Source: Candidatus Bathyarchaeia archaeon
GTDB lineage: Archaea; Thermoproteota; Bathyarchaeia; Bathyarchaeales; Bathycorpusculaceae
NCBI GenBank assembly: GCA_038882975.1
Contig: JAVZNE010000001.1
Location: 192,001 to 256,000 of the forward strand
Direction of reading: 5' to 3'
Length of the DNA: 64,000 bases
The position numbers and the translations under genes were made by a program. The first letter of the stretch is position 1. Every line of letters begins with the position of its first letter. This document shows positions 49,720-60,365 of this stretch, in pieces. Below the pieces are notes generated by a model, which saw only the letters and a program-made list of their open reading frames with translations, did not search any database and was not told the origin of the DNA.

Positions 49720-50973
49720 ATGTCTACAGTTATTGAAGACGTAATTGCAAGAAAGGTTTTCAATAGCCGCGGAGAAGAAACAATAGAGGTTGATGTTATC
49801 ACCACTTCTGGTTTTGGGAGAGCCTCAGCACCAGCCGGAGAAAGCCGAGGGAAAGCTGAGGTTGTTTATTACCCACAAGGCGTAGTGGACGAAGCCATCA
49901 AGAAGGTTGAAGAACTCATATCCCCAGAACTCATCGGGTTAAATGCTGACTTCCAAGATGATATAGATAAAACCCTTCATGAAATAGACAACACAAAAGA
50001 CTTCAGAATTATTGGCGGAAACACAGCCTTCGCAGTTTCTCTAGCAAATGCTGAGGCTGCCGCAAACTCTTACGGTTTACCTCTCTTCCAATATTTGGGC
50101 GGGTATGCAGCGCATGAACTTCCTTATCCGCTTGGAAACATCATTAGTGGTGGGAAACACACGAGTGGGAAATCCCCGAATATACAAGAGTTCCTAGTTC
50201 TTCCACACGGCGCCGGGTCTTTTCTGGAAGCTGCGACAGCTAATATAAAAATCCACAGGAGAGTTAAGGAAGCTTTAAAGAAGAAGGATAAGCTTTTCAG
50301 TGGCGGCAGAAGCGATGAGGGAGCATGGATTGCAAACATTACAGACTTGGAAGCCTTTGAAATTATGGCTTCGGCATGCGAACAAGTAAGCAACGAACTT
50401 GGCTTTAAGTGTGGTTTCGGCGTTGATGTTGCAGCTTCATCCCTTTGGAACGCTAAGAAGAAGAAATATGTGTATGAGAGAGACGGAAAAGAGTTAGACT
50501 CCGGAGAACAGTTGGAGTTTATTCGACAGCTTATTGAAAAGTATCATCTGGTTTATGTGGAAGACCCCTTCCACGAAGAATGTTATGAAGGCTTTGCAGA
50601 ACTTACAAAAAGGGTTAGTAACTGCCTCATCTGCGGCGACGATTTGTTCGTTACAAATAATGAAAGGTTAACCCATGGGATTAAAAAGCGGGCAGCCAAT
50701 GCCATAATAATTAAAGTGAACCAGGTAGGCACACTTACAGATGCCTTGGACACAATTGACACTGCAAAAAGGGCTGGATATGTGCCAGTCGTGTCTCATC
50801 GTTCAGGCGATACTTGTGATTGGCATATCGCTCACTTAGCTGTGGCGTTTAAATGTCCCATCATTAAGGCAGGTGTGGTGGAGGGCGCAAGAATAGCAAA
50901 AATAAACGAGTTGTTGAGAATTGAGGAGTTTCTCGGAGAGAGGGCTAAAATGGCTGAACTCCACATTTTATAA
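49720..50973 (+). CDS. eno: enolase
   Basis: [27 protein letters not shown]. Confidence 0.93.
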   Translation: MSTVIEDVIARKVFNSRGEETIEVDVITTSGFGRASAPAGESRGKAEVVYYPQGVVDEAIKKVEELISPELIGLNADFQDDIDKTLHEIDNTKDFRIIGGNTAFAVSLANAEAAANSYGLPLFQYLGGYAAHELPYPLGNIISGGKHTSGKSPNIQEFLVLPHGAGSFLEAATANIKIHRRVKEALKKKDKLFSGGRSDEGAWIANITDLEAFEIMASACEQVSNELGFKCGFGVDVAASSLWNAKKKKYVYERDGKELDSGEQLEFIRQLIEKYHLVYVEDPFHEECYEGFAELTKRVSNCLICGDDLFVTNNERLTHGIKKRAANAIIIKVNQVGTLTDALDTIDTAKRAGYVPVVSHRSGDTCDWHIAHLAVAFKCPIIKAGVVEGARIAKINELLRIEEFLGERAKMAELHIL

Positions 50974-50990
50974 CGGAGAGTGAAGCAAAC

Positions 50991-51674
50991 TTGGCTGAAA
51001 AAGATAAGGAAGAAGCAAAAAAGGAGAAGTTTGAAGAGGAAACAAGTGTAAGTGCAGAAGAAGAGCTCTTATTGCCGCGGGACACACTTCTCTCGGCTGG
51101 AATCCACATTGGAACCAGAATGAAGACTAAAGACATGGAACAGTTTATATACCGTGTTAGACCAGACGGACTATTTGTTTTGGACGTGAAAAAGACTGAT
51201 GAACGTATAAGAGTGGCAGCCAAGTTCTTGGCAAGATTTGAATCTTCAAGGATCGCCGCTGCCGCTGCGAGGCTATATGCACAAGAGCCTGTGAAAAAGT
51301 TTTGCGAGGCTATTGGCGCAACACCAATTGTTGGGCGCTTCATCCCTGGGTTGCTTTCAAACCCGCTCTATCCAAATCGTATTGAACCAAATGTGCTAAT
51401 AGTTTCAGACCCTAGGGCGGATTCTCAAGCCGTGAGGGAGGCAGCCTCTGTTGGTGTTCCGGTGGTAGCCTTGTGCAGCACTGACAACGACTTTTCCGGA
51501 GTTGACCTAGTGATACCCACAAACAATAAAGGCAGAAGAGCCTTAGCAGTCATTTACTGGCTTCTTGCGAGGCAAGTTTTGCGCGAAAGAGGTGAACTCC
51601 CACCAGATAAGGACATGCCACTAACCATCGAGGATTTTGAGGCTAAAATATCAAAAGAGGAAGAGGAGAGCTAA
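50991..51674 (+). CDS. rps2: 30S ribosomal protein S2
   Basis: AGIHIGT, GRFIPG, PTNNKGR. Confidence 0.96.
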   Translation: MAEKDKEEAKKEKFEEETSVSAEEELLLPRDTLLSAGIHIGTRMKTKDMEQFIYRVRPDGLFVLDVKKTDERIRVAAKFLARFESSRIAAAAARLYAQEPVKKFCEAIGATPIVGRFIPGLLSNPLYPNRIEPNVLIVSDPRADSQAVREAASVGVPVVALCSTDNDFSGVDLVIPTNNKGRRALAVIYWLLARQVLRERGELPPDKDMPLTIEDFEAKISKEEEES

Positions 51675-51680
51675 CCTGAA

Positions 51681-52529
51681 ATGGCGAAGATTCGGCTTCC
51701 GAGCCAGGCTGGAGCCTTCTACGCTGGAAAAGCCGAATCGTTGAAGAGGCAGATTGAAGAGTGCTTTCTACACGAGTTAGGACCGGGTAAAATCCCAACA
51801 GTTGTTGAAGGATCGAGGCGCATAGTTGGTCTTGTTTGCCCCCATGCTGGATACATGTATTCTGGACCTGTGGCGGCCCACGCCTATTACAATTTGGCTT
51901 CTGATGGTAAGCCAGACACTGTTGTGCTTTTTGGCCCAAACCATACTGGTTATGGTAGTGCCTTGGCCGTTATGAACGAGGGCTTTTGGCGCACTCCGCT
52001 TGGCGATGTTGAGGTGGACGGGGAAACAGCCAACAAGATTGTTAAGGAAGCTCGCATTGTTGATGTTGATGACTCGGCTCATCGATATGAGCATTCGATT
52101 GAGGTGCAGCTTCCATTTCTACAGTATCTTTTCGGCTCAGCGTTCAAAATTGTGCCCATATGCTTTTTGATGCAGGATTTGCACTCCTCAAGAGAAGTTG
52201 GGCGCGCTGTTGCAAGGGTTTTGGCTGGGAAAAACGCCTTAATTATAGCTTCTTCAGACATGACTCATTACGAGCCGCAGAAAGTGGCTGAAAAGAGGGA
52301 TATGTTGGCGATTAAGGCTGTAGAAGCAATGAACGAGGAGCGTTTCTACTCGATAGTTGAAGAGCATAGGATTACCGCTTGTGGCTATGGTCCTATAGTG
52401 GCCCTTATAACGGCTGCAAAAGCTTTAGGGGCGAGAGAGGCAAAATTATTATGTTATAAGACTAGTGGAGATGTTACTGGCGACTACTCGGCTGTTGTTG
52501 GGTATGCCGCCGTCCAATTCACAAAATAG
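51681..52529 (+). CDS. MEMO1-family protein (AmmeMemoRadiSam protein B)
   Basis: AGAFY, PHAGY.YSG, EHSIEVQLPF, SSDMTHY, CGYGP. Confidence 0.92.
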   Translation: MAKIRLPSQAGAFYAGKAESLKRQIEECFLHELGPGKIPTVVEGSRRIVGLVCPHAGYMYSGPVAAHAYYNLASDGKPDTVVLFGPNHTGYGSALAVMNEGFWRTPLGDVEVDGETANKIVKEARIVDVDDSAHRYEHSIEVQLPFLQYLFGSAFKIVPICFLMQDLHSSREVGRAVARVLAGKNALIIASSDMTHYEPQKVAEKRDMLAIKAVEAMNEERFYSIVEEHRITACGYGPIVALITAAKALGAREAKLLCYKTSGDVTGDYSAVVGYAAVQFTK

Positions 52530-52538
52530 TGGTTTAGG

Positions 52539-53522
52539 ATGGGAGTTATCGCTTCAGCTCCCGCGAAAATAATACTTTTCGGAGAACACTTCGTCGTTTA
52601 CGGCGAACCCGCCATAGTCCTGGCTATAGACAAAAGAGCCTACGCAAGAGCGGAACTACGAAAGGACAAGAGGCTTTTTCTACGCTCTTTAAACTTAAAT
52701 GTCGCTGGATTTTTCGAAAATGGGAACTTTAAAATTGAAGAAGGAAACCCAAAAGAGGCAAGAATGAAGCTTGAACCGCTCAAATGTGCTGTGGAAAAAG
52801 TTCTGGAGATTTCAGGAGAGAGGGTGGGCTTAAACATAGAGGTTAACTCAACCGTTCCAGTCGCAGCTGGTTTAGGGTCCTCGGCGGCTGTGGCTGCTGC
52901 CGTGACAGCAGCTGTCGGCGCCCTACTAAATGTGAAAATGTCAAGGGAGGATATTTTCCGCATAGCCTACAAAGCCGAAAAAATAATGCATGGCACGCCT
53001 TCGGGCGTTGACCCAGCAATATCAACCTTTGGAGGCACTCTGCTTTTCCAAATAGACACGGGATTTAAGCCTCTAGACGTCAGGGCGGACATCCCGCTTG
53101 TTATCGGCAACACAGGCGTTGAAAGGTCAACGCGGAGCCAAGTGACGAAAGTTCGAAGCTTAAAGGATCGTTACCCACAGATTGTTGAGCCTATGATGAG
53201 GTCTGCCCGTGAAATAGTCTTAAGAGCCATCGAAGCCTTAAAAGAAGGCGATTTGGAAACCCTTGGGGAACTAATGAACATAAACCATGCACTGCTTTAT
53301 GGATTGGGGGTTTCGGACGAGTCTTTAGAGTGGCTTATTAACGCCGCCCGCAAGGCTGGAGCATTAGGCGCAAAACTGACGGGGGCTGGTGGCGGCGGGT
53401 GCATGATAGCCCTTGCAAGCAAGGATAGAGTCGAAAATGTTTTGGAGGCTGTTCAGAGGGCTGGGGGAAGCGCTTTCATAGCGAGAAAAACGGATGAGGG
53501 GGTTAGAATTGAGCCAACCTAG
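52539..53522 (+). CDS. mvk: mevalonate kinase
   Basis: PAKIILFGEH, GLGSSAA, HGTPSGVD, KLTGAGGGG. Confidence 0.93.
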   Translation: MGVIASAPAKIILFGEHFVVYGEPAIVLAIDKRAYARAELRKDKRLFLRSLNLNVAGFFENGNFKIEEGNPKEARMKLEPLKCAVEKVLEISGERVGLNIEVNSTVPVAAGLGSSAAVAAAVTAAVGALLNVKMSREDIFRIAYKAEKIMHGTPSGVDPAISTFGGTLLFQIDTGFKPLDVRADIPLVIGNTGVERSTRSQVTKVRSLKDRYPQIVEPMMRSAREIVLRAIEALKEGDLETLGELMNINHALLYGLGVSDESLEWLINAARKAGALGAKLTGAGGGGCMIALASKDRVENVLEAVQRAGGSAFIARKTDEGVRIEPT

Positions 53523-54309
53523 ACCAACTGTTCTGAAGATTGGCGGCTCTGTCATAACCGATAAAAGCAAAGAGCTTGGTGTTCAAATGGAAGCCATAAG
53601 CCGAATAGCAGACGAAATACTGGAGGCAAATACTAAAAACCTAATAATTGTTCATGGAGGCGGAAGTTTTGGTCACCCGGTAGCGCAAAAACATGCCATA
53701 AAAGAGGGTTTTAAGGAAGAATCCCAAATAATAGGGTTTGCAGAAACTCACCATGTCATGACCGTGCTTAACGGGCTTTTTATGGACGCCTTAATATGGC
53801 GGGGCGTTCCAGCGGTGAGCATTACGCCTTCTTCATGCATTATGACGCAGAATGGCAGAATAATTTGTTTTGAAGATTCTCCTCTAAAACAGCTTATGAA
53901 AATGGGCTTTATTCCAGTTCTTTACGGAGACGCTGTTTTTGACACAAAGTTGGGCTTTACAATCTTATCTGGGGACCAGCTTGTCGCGTTCTTAGCCATG
54001 CAGTTCAACGCAAAAAACATCGTGATAGGCGTTGATGTGGATGGATTATACAACGCTGACCCAAAGACAAATGAGAAAGCCAAAATGTTCGACCGTTTAA
54101 CTTTGGCGGAGCTTAGGAATGTTCAGAAACTTTTAGGCGGGTCCAACGCATGCGACGTGACTGGCGGAATGGCAAATAAAATTGCTGAGCTTATACCCGC
54201 AATAGAACATGGTATTCCCGTTTTAATGGTCAATGCTACAAAGCCCAAATATATCTATAAAGCCCTTAAGGGAGAAAGGGTTAAGGGCACAATTATAGAG
54301 AAGGAATAA
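53509..54309 (+). CDS. ipk: isopentenyl phosphate kinase
   Basis: LKIGGSVITDK, HGGGSFGH, SGD, DVTGGM. Confidence 0.92.
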   Translation: MSQPRPTVLKIGGSVITDKSKELGVQMEAISRIADEILEANTKNLIIVHGGGSFGHPVAQKHAIKEGFKEESQIIGFAETHHVMTVLNGLFMDALIWRGVPAVSITPSSCIMTQNGRIICFEDSPLKQLMKMGFIPVLYGDAVFDTKLGFTILSGDQLVAFLAMQFNAKNIVIGVDVDGLYNADPKTNEKAKMFDRLTLAELRNVQKLLGGSNACDVTGGMANKIAELIPAIEHGIPVLMVNATKPKYIYKALKGERVKGTIIEKE

Positions 54310-54312
54310 GGT

Positions 54313-55416
54313 TTGGCTGAAAAAACCAGAAAGCGTAAGGCAGACCACATCCGCATAGCCACAACCTACAATGTCCAAGCAAAGAACATCACAACAGGAT
54401 TTGAAGACGTGCACCTCGTTCACAGAGCCCTACCGGAAATCGATAAGGACAAAATAAATCTTTCAACAACGGTTTTCAACCACAAGTTTTCCGCGCCAAT
54501 AATTGTAAGCGCCATAACTGGCGGAACAAGTGAAGCTAGGAAAATTAACGCGACAATAGCCACGGTTGTTGAGGAATTTGGGCTTGGAATGGGTGTTGGA
54601 AGCCAAAGGGCAGCACTAGAAGATCGAAGGCTTGAGAAAACCTTCGCCATAGTCAGAAAAAAGGCGCCCACAGCCTTTTTAATGGCGAATATCGGTGGAA
54701 TTCAGCTTGCCAAGGGATACAACATTAAAGAGGCAAAGAAAGCCGTAGAAATGATTGACGCTGACGCCTTAGCTATACATTTAAATCCTCTCCAAGAGGC
54801 AGTGCAACCAGAAGGTGAAACAAACTTTAGGGGAGTCCTTGAAAAAATAGGCGAGATTGTTAAGGAACTAGACAAGCCCGTCATTGTGAAAGAAACAGGG
54901 GCTGGTATAGCCGCTGAAGAAGCGAAAAAGCTTGAAGCTGCTGGAGTGATGGGCATTGATGTGAGTGGTGCCGGTGGCACAAGCTTTGCTGCAGTGGAAT
55001 ATTTTCGTGCGAAGGGTAGGAGAAGCATTTACAACAGAAGGCTAGGCGAAGTTTTCTGGGATTGGGGAATACCCACAGCAATAAGCATAGTTGAAGTTGC
55101 ACAAACAGTCAACATACCGGTCATAGCCTCCGGTGGAATAAGAAGCGGACTGGACGCGGCTAAAGCCCTAGCTTTGGGGGCAAGCCTCGCGGCTCTTGCA
55201 CAACCAGTTTTGCAGGCGGCTGTTGAAGGCTTAAGACAAACAAGAAAGACATTACGCACGTTGATAGAAGAGCTTAGGAACACCATGTTCCTTGTTGGAG
55301 CGGAAAACATTCAGCAATTGCATAAAGTGCCATTGGTAATCACTGGGAAAACAGCTGAATGGCTGAAGTTGAGAGGCTTTGACACAGAGGTTTATGCAAG
55401 AAGGGGTGAGGGCTAG
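54313..55416 (+). CDS. fni: type 2 isopentenyl-diphosphate isomerase
   Basis: RKADHI, GVGSQR, HLNPLQE, KETGAG, GGTS. Confidence 0.95.
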   Translation: MAEKTRKRKADHIRIATTYNVQAKNITTGFEDVHLVHRALPEIDKDKINLSTTVFNHKFSAPIIVSAITGGTSEARKINATIATVVEEFGLGMGVGSQRAALEDRRLEKTFAIVRKKAPTAFLMANIGGIQLAKGYNIKEAKKAVEMIDADALAIHLNPLQEAVQPEGETNFRGVLEKIGEIVKELDKPVIVKETGAGIAAEEAKKLEAAGVMGIDVSGAGGTSFAAVEYFRAKGRRSIYNRRLGEVFWDWGIPTAISIVEVAQTVNIPVIASGGIRSGLDAAKALALGASLAALAQPVLQAAVEGLRQTRKTLRTLIEELRNTMFLVGAENIQQLHKVPLVITGKTAEWLKLRGFDTEVYARRGEG

Positions 55417-55417
55417 C

Positions 55418-56494
55418 TTGGTTTTCGACATCGAGAAGCTTCTCGAGGAAAAAGCATCCATTATAAACAAAGCCATTGAGAAATATATCCCAAGAATTTT
55501 CTCGAAAAAAGCCATAATCTTTAAGGTTAGCCCGCCGAGATACGCATATAACATTGAAGCCATAAACAAAGCTGTTGCTGAACCCATTTGGGAGTTTTTA
55601 GACAGAGGTGGGAAACGGTGGCGTCCAGCCCTATTCCTGCTTATATGTGAGGCTTTAGGCAAAAATCCTGAAGATTATGTGGATTACGCCATAATTCCCG
55701 AAGTTGTGCACAACGGAACCCTGATAATAGACGACATAGAGGATGCCTCTGAATTCCGCAGAGGCAAGCCATGCACCCACAGGATTTATGGTTTGGACAT
55801 AGCCGTAAACGCTGGCAACACCATGTATTATCTCCCGCTATTGCCGTTGATGGAGAACCGTGAAAAGCTGGGTTCCGAGAAGCTGGCGAGGATTTATGAG
55901 ATTTATGTGCAAGAGATGATAAACCTAAGCCTTGGACAAGCCATGGACATAGCCTGGCACAAGGGCTTAGCAGACGCAGACAAACTGGATGAGGAAAATT
56001 ATTTGCAAATGTGCGCCTACAAAACTGGGACTTTGGCGAGGATGGCTGCCAAAATTGCCGCCGTGGTAGCCGACGCCCCAGACGAGCTTATTGAAAAACT
56101 TGGGCACTTTGCGGAAAGCATAGGCATAGCCTTCCAAATACAGGATGACGTGCTGGATTTGACTGGCAAGGAGTTTGCCGAGAAAAAGGGTGGACGTGGG
56201 CAAGACATAACGGAGGGAAAACGAACTCTTATAGTAATTCACACTTTAAAGGTTGCAAATGCTAAGGACAGGAAAAGGCTTATTGAGATTTTAAAAATGC
56301 ACACTTCAGACCAGAAGCTAAGGGAAGAAGCAATAGCAATAATGCAAAAGTATGGCTCAATTGAGTACGCCAAAAACTTCGCCAGAAAAATTGTTGAGGA
56401 AAGCTGGAAAGAGGTGGAAGGGCTTCTTCCAGAATCGGAGGCAAAGGAAAAGTTAAACGCCTTTGCAAGATTCCTTATTGAGAGAAAAATTTGA
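55418..56494 (+). CDS. polyprenyl (probably geranylgeranyl) diphosphate synthase
   Basis: GGKRWRP, DDIED..RRG, GQAMD, QIQDD. Confidence 0.9.
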   Translation: MVFDIEKLLEEKASIINKAIEKYIPRIFSKKAIIFKVSPPRYAYNIEAINKAVAEPIWEFLDRGGKRWRPALFLLICEALGKNPEDYVDYAIIPEVVHNGTLIIDDIEDASEFRRGKPCTHRIYGLDIAVNAGNTMYYLPLLPLMENREKLGSEKLARIYEIYVQEMINLSLGQAMDIAWHKGLADADKLDEENYLQMCAYKTGTLARMAAKIAAVVADAPDELIEKLGHFAESIGIAFQIQDDVLDLTGKEFAEKKGGRGQDITEGKRTLIVIHTLKVANAKDRKRLIEILKMHTSDQKLREEAIAIMQKYGSIEYAKNFARKIVEESWKEVEGLLPESEAKEKLNAFARFLIERKI

Positions 56495-56510
56495 AGCGAG
56501 TGCCTAAACT

Positions 56511-58271
56511 TTGAACGAAATTAGAGAGGACGCGGAATTAAGGGAGACCATTCGAAAGTTTGCATTACTAAACGCCATAAAACATGACGGAAAAGCCCAG
56601 ACAGGCCCAGTTGTTGGGAAGGTTTTGGCTGAAAGACCAGAACTGCGAGCCAAAGCAAAGGAGCTAACAGCCCTAGTGAGAGAGATGGTTGATGAGGTTA
56701 ACAGTCTTTCATTAAGCGATCAGATGCGAATTGTAGAAGAGAAGTGGCCGGAAACCCTTGCAAAAGAAAAAGTTGGAGAAGAAGAGAAGAGGCTTCCTCC
56801 ATTACTAAACGCTGACAAGTACCGGGAAATTGTCACACGCTTCTCGCCAAACCCAGATTGTGTTCTACATTTAGGCTCAGCCAGAGCCATAGTGCTATGC
56901 TATGAGTATGCTCGCATGTATAATGGCAAGTTCATTTTACGTTTCGAGGATACAGACCCCAAGCTGAAGAGGCCTGTTCTGGAATTTTACGATAGGATTA
57001 GGGAAGACTTGGAATGGCTTGGATGCAAACCGGATGAGGAGCATATCCAAAGCGACCGAGTCCACGTATACTATGAATATGCGGAAAAGTTGCTGAAGGA
57101 TGGAAACGCCTATGTTTGCACATGCCAACCACAAGCCTTCAGAGAAAAAGTGTTAGCCCAAAAGCCTTGCCCATGCCGCGGCTTATCACCAGAAGAACAT
57201 CTTGAAAGATGGGAATGCATGCTTAAAGGCGTATACAAAGAAGGTGAAGCCGTAGTGCGTGTTAAGACGGATTTGGAGCATCCAAACCCAGCTGTTAGAG
57301 ATTGGCCAGCCCTCCGTGTAATAGATATTGAGCAATATCCGCATCCAAGGGTTGGAACAAAGTATCGTGTCTGGCCCCTCTACAACTTTGCGTGCGGGTT
57401 AGACGACCACTTGATGGGTGTGACTCACATAATTCGGGGCAAAGAACACTTGACAAACATGGTTCGGCAAGAGTATATGTATAGGCATTTGGGTTGGCGT
57501 TATCCAGAGGCAATCCACTACGGCAGACTAAAGATTAAGGGTGCACACTTAAGCAAGTCGAAAATTGTTCAAGGGATAAAGGAAGGCCTATATAAGGGAT
57601 GGGACGACCCTAGGCTGGCAACATTTGCAGCCCTAAGGAGGCGTGGGATAACCCCGGAAGCCATAAAGAAACTTATAATTGATGTTGGTCCGAAAACTTC
57701 GGACGTCATTTTAAGCTGGGAGAACCTTTACGCTTATAACCGTAAAATCCTAGACCCAAAAGTAAACAGGTACTTCTTCGTGTCAAACCCTATACAGCTC
57801 TTGGTTAGGCATATTCCACGAACATTCACTGTTAGGCTTCGATTGCATCCGGAATACCCAGAAAGAGGTTTCAAAGAATATGCCATAAAACCCTCCGAGC
57901 CAAATGGCGAAGCCCTATTTTGGATTTCAAGGATGGATTTGAAGGTTTTGGCCGTTGGAAGGATGGTTAGGCTCATGGAATTATTTAACATAAAAATTGA
58001 GCGAGTAGAGGCCTACTCGGCTGAAGCCTCCTTTGAAAGCGAGTCTTATGAAGAAGCTAGGAAGGCTGGGGCCCCTCTAATTCATTGGGTACCGATGGGG
58101 ATGGACGTGCCTTGTCAAGTTGTGATGCCAGACGCCACCATAACTGACGGAGTAGCTGAGAAAGCATGCAAAGACTTAAAGCCAAACGATATGGTTCAGT
58201 TTGAAAGGTTCGGCTTCGTGAGAATAGACAAAGTTGACGCCAAAATCACAGCATATTATGCACATAAATAG
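56511..58271 (+). CDS. gltX: glutamyl-tRNA synthetase (archaeal type)
   Basis: RFSPNP..HLGS, RFEDTD, LSKS, QFERFGF. Confidence 0.95.
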   Translation: MNEIREDAELRETIRKFALLNAIKHDGKAQTGPVVGKVLAERPELRAKAKELTALVREMVDEVNSLSLSDQMRIVEEKWPETLAKEKVGEEEKRLPPLLNADKYREIVTRFSPNPDCVLHLGSARAIVLCYEYARMYNGKFILRFEDTDPKLKRPVLEFYDRIREDLEWLGCKPDEEHIQSDRVHVYYEYAEKLLKDGNAYVCTCQPQAFREKVLAQKPCPCRGLSPEEHLERWECMLKGVYKEGEAVVRVKTDLEHPNPAVRDWPALRVIDIEQYPHPRVGTKYRVWPLYNFACGLDDHLMGVTHIIRGKEHLTNMVRQEYMYRHLGWRYPEAIHYGRLKIKGAHLSKSKIVQGIKEGLYKGWDDPRLATFAALRRRGITPEAIKKLIIDVGPKTSDVILSWENLYAYNRKILDPKVNRYFFVSNPIQLLVRHIPRTFTVRLRLHPEYPERGFKEYAIKPSEPNGEALFWISRMDLKVLAVGRMVRLMELFNIKIERVEAYSAEASFESESYEEARKAGAPLIHWVPMGMDVPCQVVMPDATITDGVAEKACKDLKPNDMVQFERFGFVRIDKVDAKITAYYAHK

Positions 58272-58282
58272 GGGGATGCTGG

Positions 58283-58591
58283 ATGCGTAGGCAGGATAAG
58301 GTTGTTTTGTGGCCAGCATACTTTGATTCGACAAAAACTAGGGGGGAGGGGAGAAGAATTCCGAAGATTTTGTCTGTGCCTTCTCCTAAAATCACGGAGC
58401 TTAAGGAAGCTGTAGAAAAGCTCGGGTTTGAATATGAACTTGTGGCGGATGCGGGTTATCCTAAGACGCCTTGGCTTAAGACTGGCATGCTCTTGGTAAC
58501 AAAAAAGGAGGCAAAAAACCGGCTGCTTAAAAAGGTTGCAAAACAGTTGCAGAAAATTCGCGGTGCAACTGTTGCGGCGAAATCTGTTTAG
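58283..58591 (+). CDS. srp19: signal recognition particle protein SRP19
   Basis: LWPAYFDS..TR.EGRRIP, YP..PW..G. Confidence 0.92.
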   Translation: MRRQDKVVLWPAYFDSTKTRGEGRRIPKILSVPSPKITELKEAVEKLGFEYELVADAGYPKTPWLKTGMLLVTKKEAKNRLLKKVAKQLQKIRGATVAAKSV

Positions 58592-58595
58592 CTTG

Positions 58596-58994
58596 TTAGC
58601 TTGCTTCTTCTTCACCTATTAAAACAGCGTTTACGACGCCATTTTGACCTGGCCTGGATGTTACACGCGCCAAGCCTAATGATGTCTCTATTATGGCGCC
58701 CTTTGTTATCACGCCTCTTCTGTCGTAGTCAACGTTCGCTGGGTTTTTGACAACACGCAGGATTTCAGCTTTTTCAGTTTTCCCAGTTTTTAAGTCTGTT
58801 ACGCACGCGTATTTTTCGCTTAAAACCTTCACTTTTACGTTGCCGCCCCTTCCCCGCTCAATTTTCCTTTTAGGTTCTCCTAGAACCGTTTCCACTGGAA
58901 ATGAGCCCTGCTCGAATTTCCTTTTCCCACGGTATGGTCGCCTTTTTCCTCCCGTTGGTTTTCTCTTGTGCAAGTCGCCGTGCCAAACAGACAC
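58596..58994 (-). CDS. rps8e: 30S ribosomal protein S8e
   Basis: KRKPTGG, ITKGAII, VTSRPGQNG. Confidence 0.95.
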   Translation of the reverse strand: MSVWHGDLHKRKPTGGKRRPYRGKRKFEQGSFPVETVLGEPKRKIERGRGGNVKVKVLSEKYACVTDLKTGKTEKAEILRVVKNPANVDYDRRGVITKGAIIETSLGLARVTSRPGQNGVVNAVLIGEEEAS

Positions 58995-59078
58995 TTTTAA
59001 CCCTCTTTTAGCGTTAACACCTTATAGGCTTGTTCACTATCACGCTAATTTGCATATAAACCTATCCATTTTAAAAGG

Positions 59079-59708
59079 CTAAACGTTTAAAGCTGAGCTT
59101 TGAGCAATATTTTCCGAAGCCTTTTCTCCTTCCAAAATCTTTTTCAGCTCCCTTTTCATGGTTGGGATGTCATGGCTTAGACCAAAATAGTCTGCAAAGT
59201 AGTCCGTCGTCTTCAAAATGGAGGCGCGTCCCTTTCGCTCTACGGTAACTAAGCCCATTTCTTTTAACAGTTTAATATGCCCGTAAGCGTGATGACCTCG
59301 AACTTCCACCACTCGTTTTTGAGAGACTGGTTGTCTTAGGGCTATGTAGGAAAGTGTCTTTAATGGACCGGTGGAGAGCAGCGGTCTTTTGACAAGCTTT
59401 CGGACATGCGGTGTAAATTCTGCTTTAAGTTGTAAAACAAACCTTTCATCCTTTAGTTCGAGAATTTCAAGGGCTGTGTCCCTTTTGGCATACTCCTGCG
59501 CTAAAATTTTTACAAGCCGCTTAGCCTTGTTTTTCGAACGCGTTTTTAGAACTGAGCATAACTCTGAGAGGTCTAGGGGGCGACCAGCAACATATAATGC
59601 AGCCTCCACCAGCGCAAGGTCGCTGATGAATTTGCCCTGTCTGATTTGTGAACTTTCTTCTGCGTTATTGGGTTGAGCCTTCATTTCTTGCAGCATCTGT
59701 TCCTCCAA
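59079..59708 (-). CDS. scpB: condensin kite subunit ScpB
   Basis: VEAALY, LKTLSYIA..QPV, RG, TT..F..YFGL. Confidence 0.9.
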   Translation of the reverse strand: MEEQMLQEMKAQPNNAEESSQIRQGKFISDLALVEAALYVAGRPLDLSELCSVLKTRSKNKAKRLVKILAQEYAKRDTALEILELKDERFVLQLKAEFTPHVRKLVKRPLLSTGPLKTLSYIALRQPVSQKRVVEVRGHHAYGHIKLLKEMGLVTVERKGRASILKTTDYFADYFGLSHDIPTMKRELKKILEGEKASENIAQSSALNV

Positions 59709-60363
59709 TTGTGATGTATATTTCTTCCGTTTCCTCGTCTTGCCAAAGGCTTACTTTTCCATCTTGAGCCAAGAAAAGTAGAAGGATGAATGTGCGTATG
59801 GCTTCTAGGCGCGCCAACCCTTTAATTATGGTTGAGAACTGGATTATTCCGGCGCCCTTCACCATTTCTGAAAGGTATTTGTAAAGCTTTTCCATTTGAA
59901 GCTCTATTTCCATGAGATAGTAATCTATTTGTGGGAAAATTTCAGAAGGGGTCGGCAGAATAGGCTTGGCTGGAACTTTCTCCAGACGGAAAAACGTCTC
60001 CCCCTTTAAAACGTCGTCCAGCACTTCTAGTAGGTGGCGTATAGTTGTTGATGTTAGCTCGTGTCTAAGCGGCAGAAAAAGTGGTGGAGGAATAAAATCT
60101 AATGGTGGCTTTGGCGGTGGTGGCGGCTCCTCAAGTTTTAGGAGAAGCTTCGACTTCATTAGATATATGAGGGCAGAAGAGTCTAAGGCTACGCCTGAAG
60201 CCCTAAAATCAATTTGCCCAGTTTTTTCCATCTCTTCGAGGAAAGTTGTCAGTAAATATGCAATGTTTATGTTCCATGGTGTGAGTTTCTCAAGTTTGTG
60301 GAACTCGAAGAGAATGTTCCAAGGCGGGCGGAGGTAAAAGGGCTTTTTGATTGTTGTAGCCAT
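59665..60363 (-). CDS. scpA: kleisin ScpA
   Basis: PWNINI..L, LIYLMKSKLLL, TFILLLFLAQDGKVSLWQ. Confidence 0.88.
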   Translation of the reverse strand: MATTIKKPFYLRPPWNILFEFHKLEKLTPWNINIAYLLTTFLEEMEKTGQIDFRASGVALDSSALIYLMKSKLLLKLEEPPPPPKPPLDFIPPPLFLPLRHELTSTTIRHLLEVLDDVLKGETFFRLEKVPAKPILPTPSEIFPQIDYYLMEIELQMEKLYKYLSEMVKGAGIIQFSTIIKGLARLEAIRTFILLLFLAQDGKVSLWQDEETEEIYITIGGTDAARNEGSTQ

Positions 60364-60365
60364 CT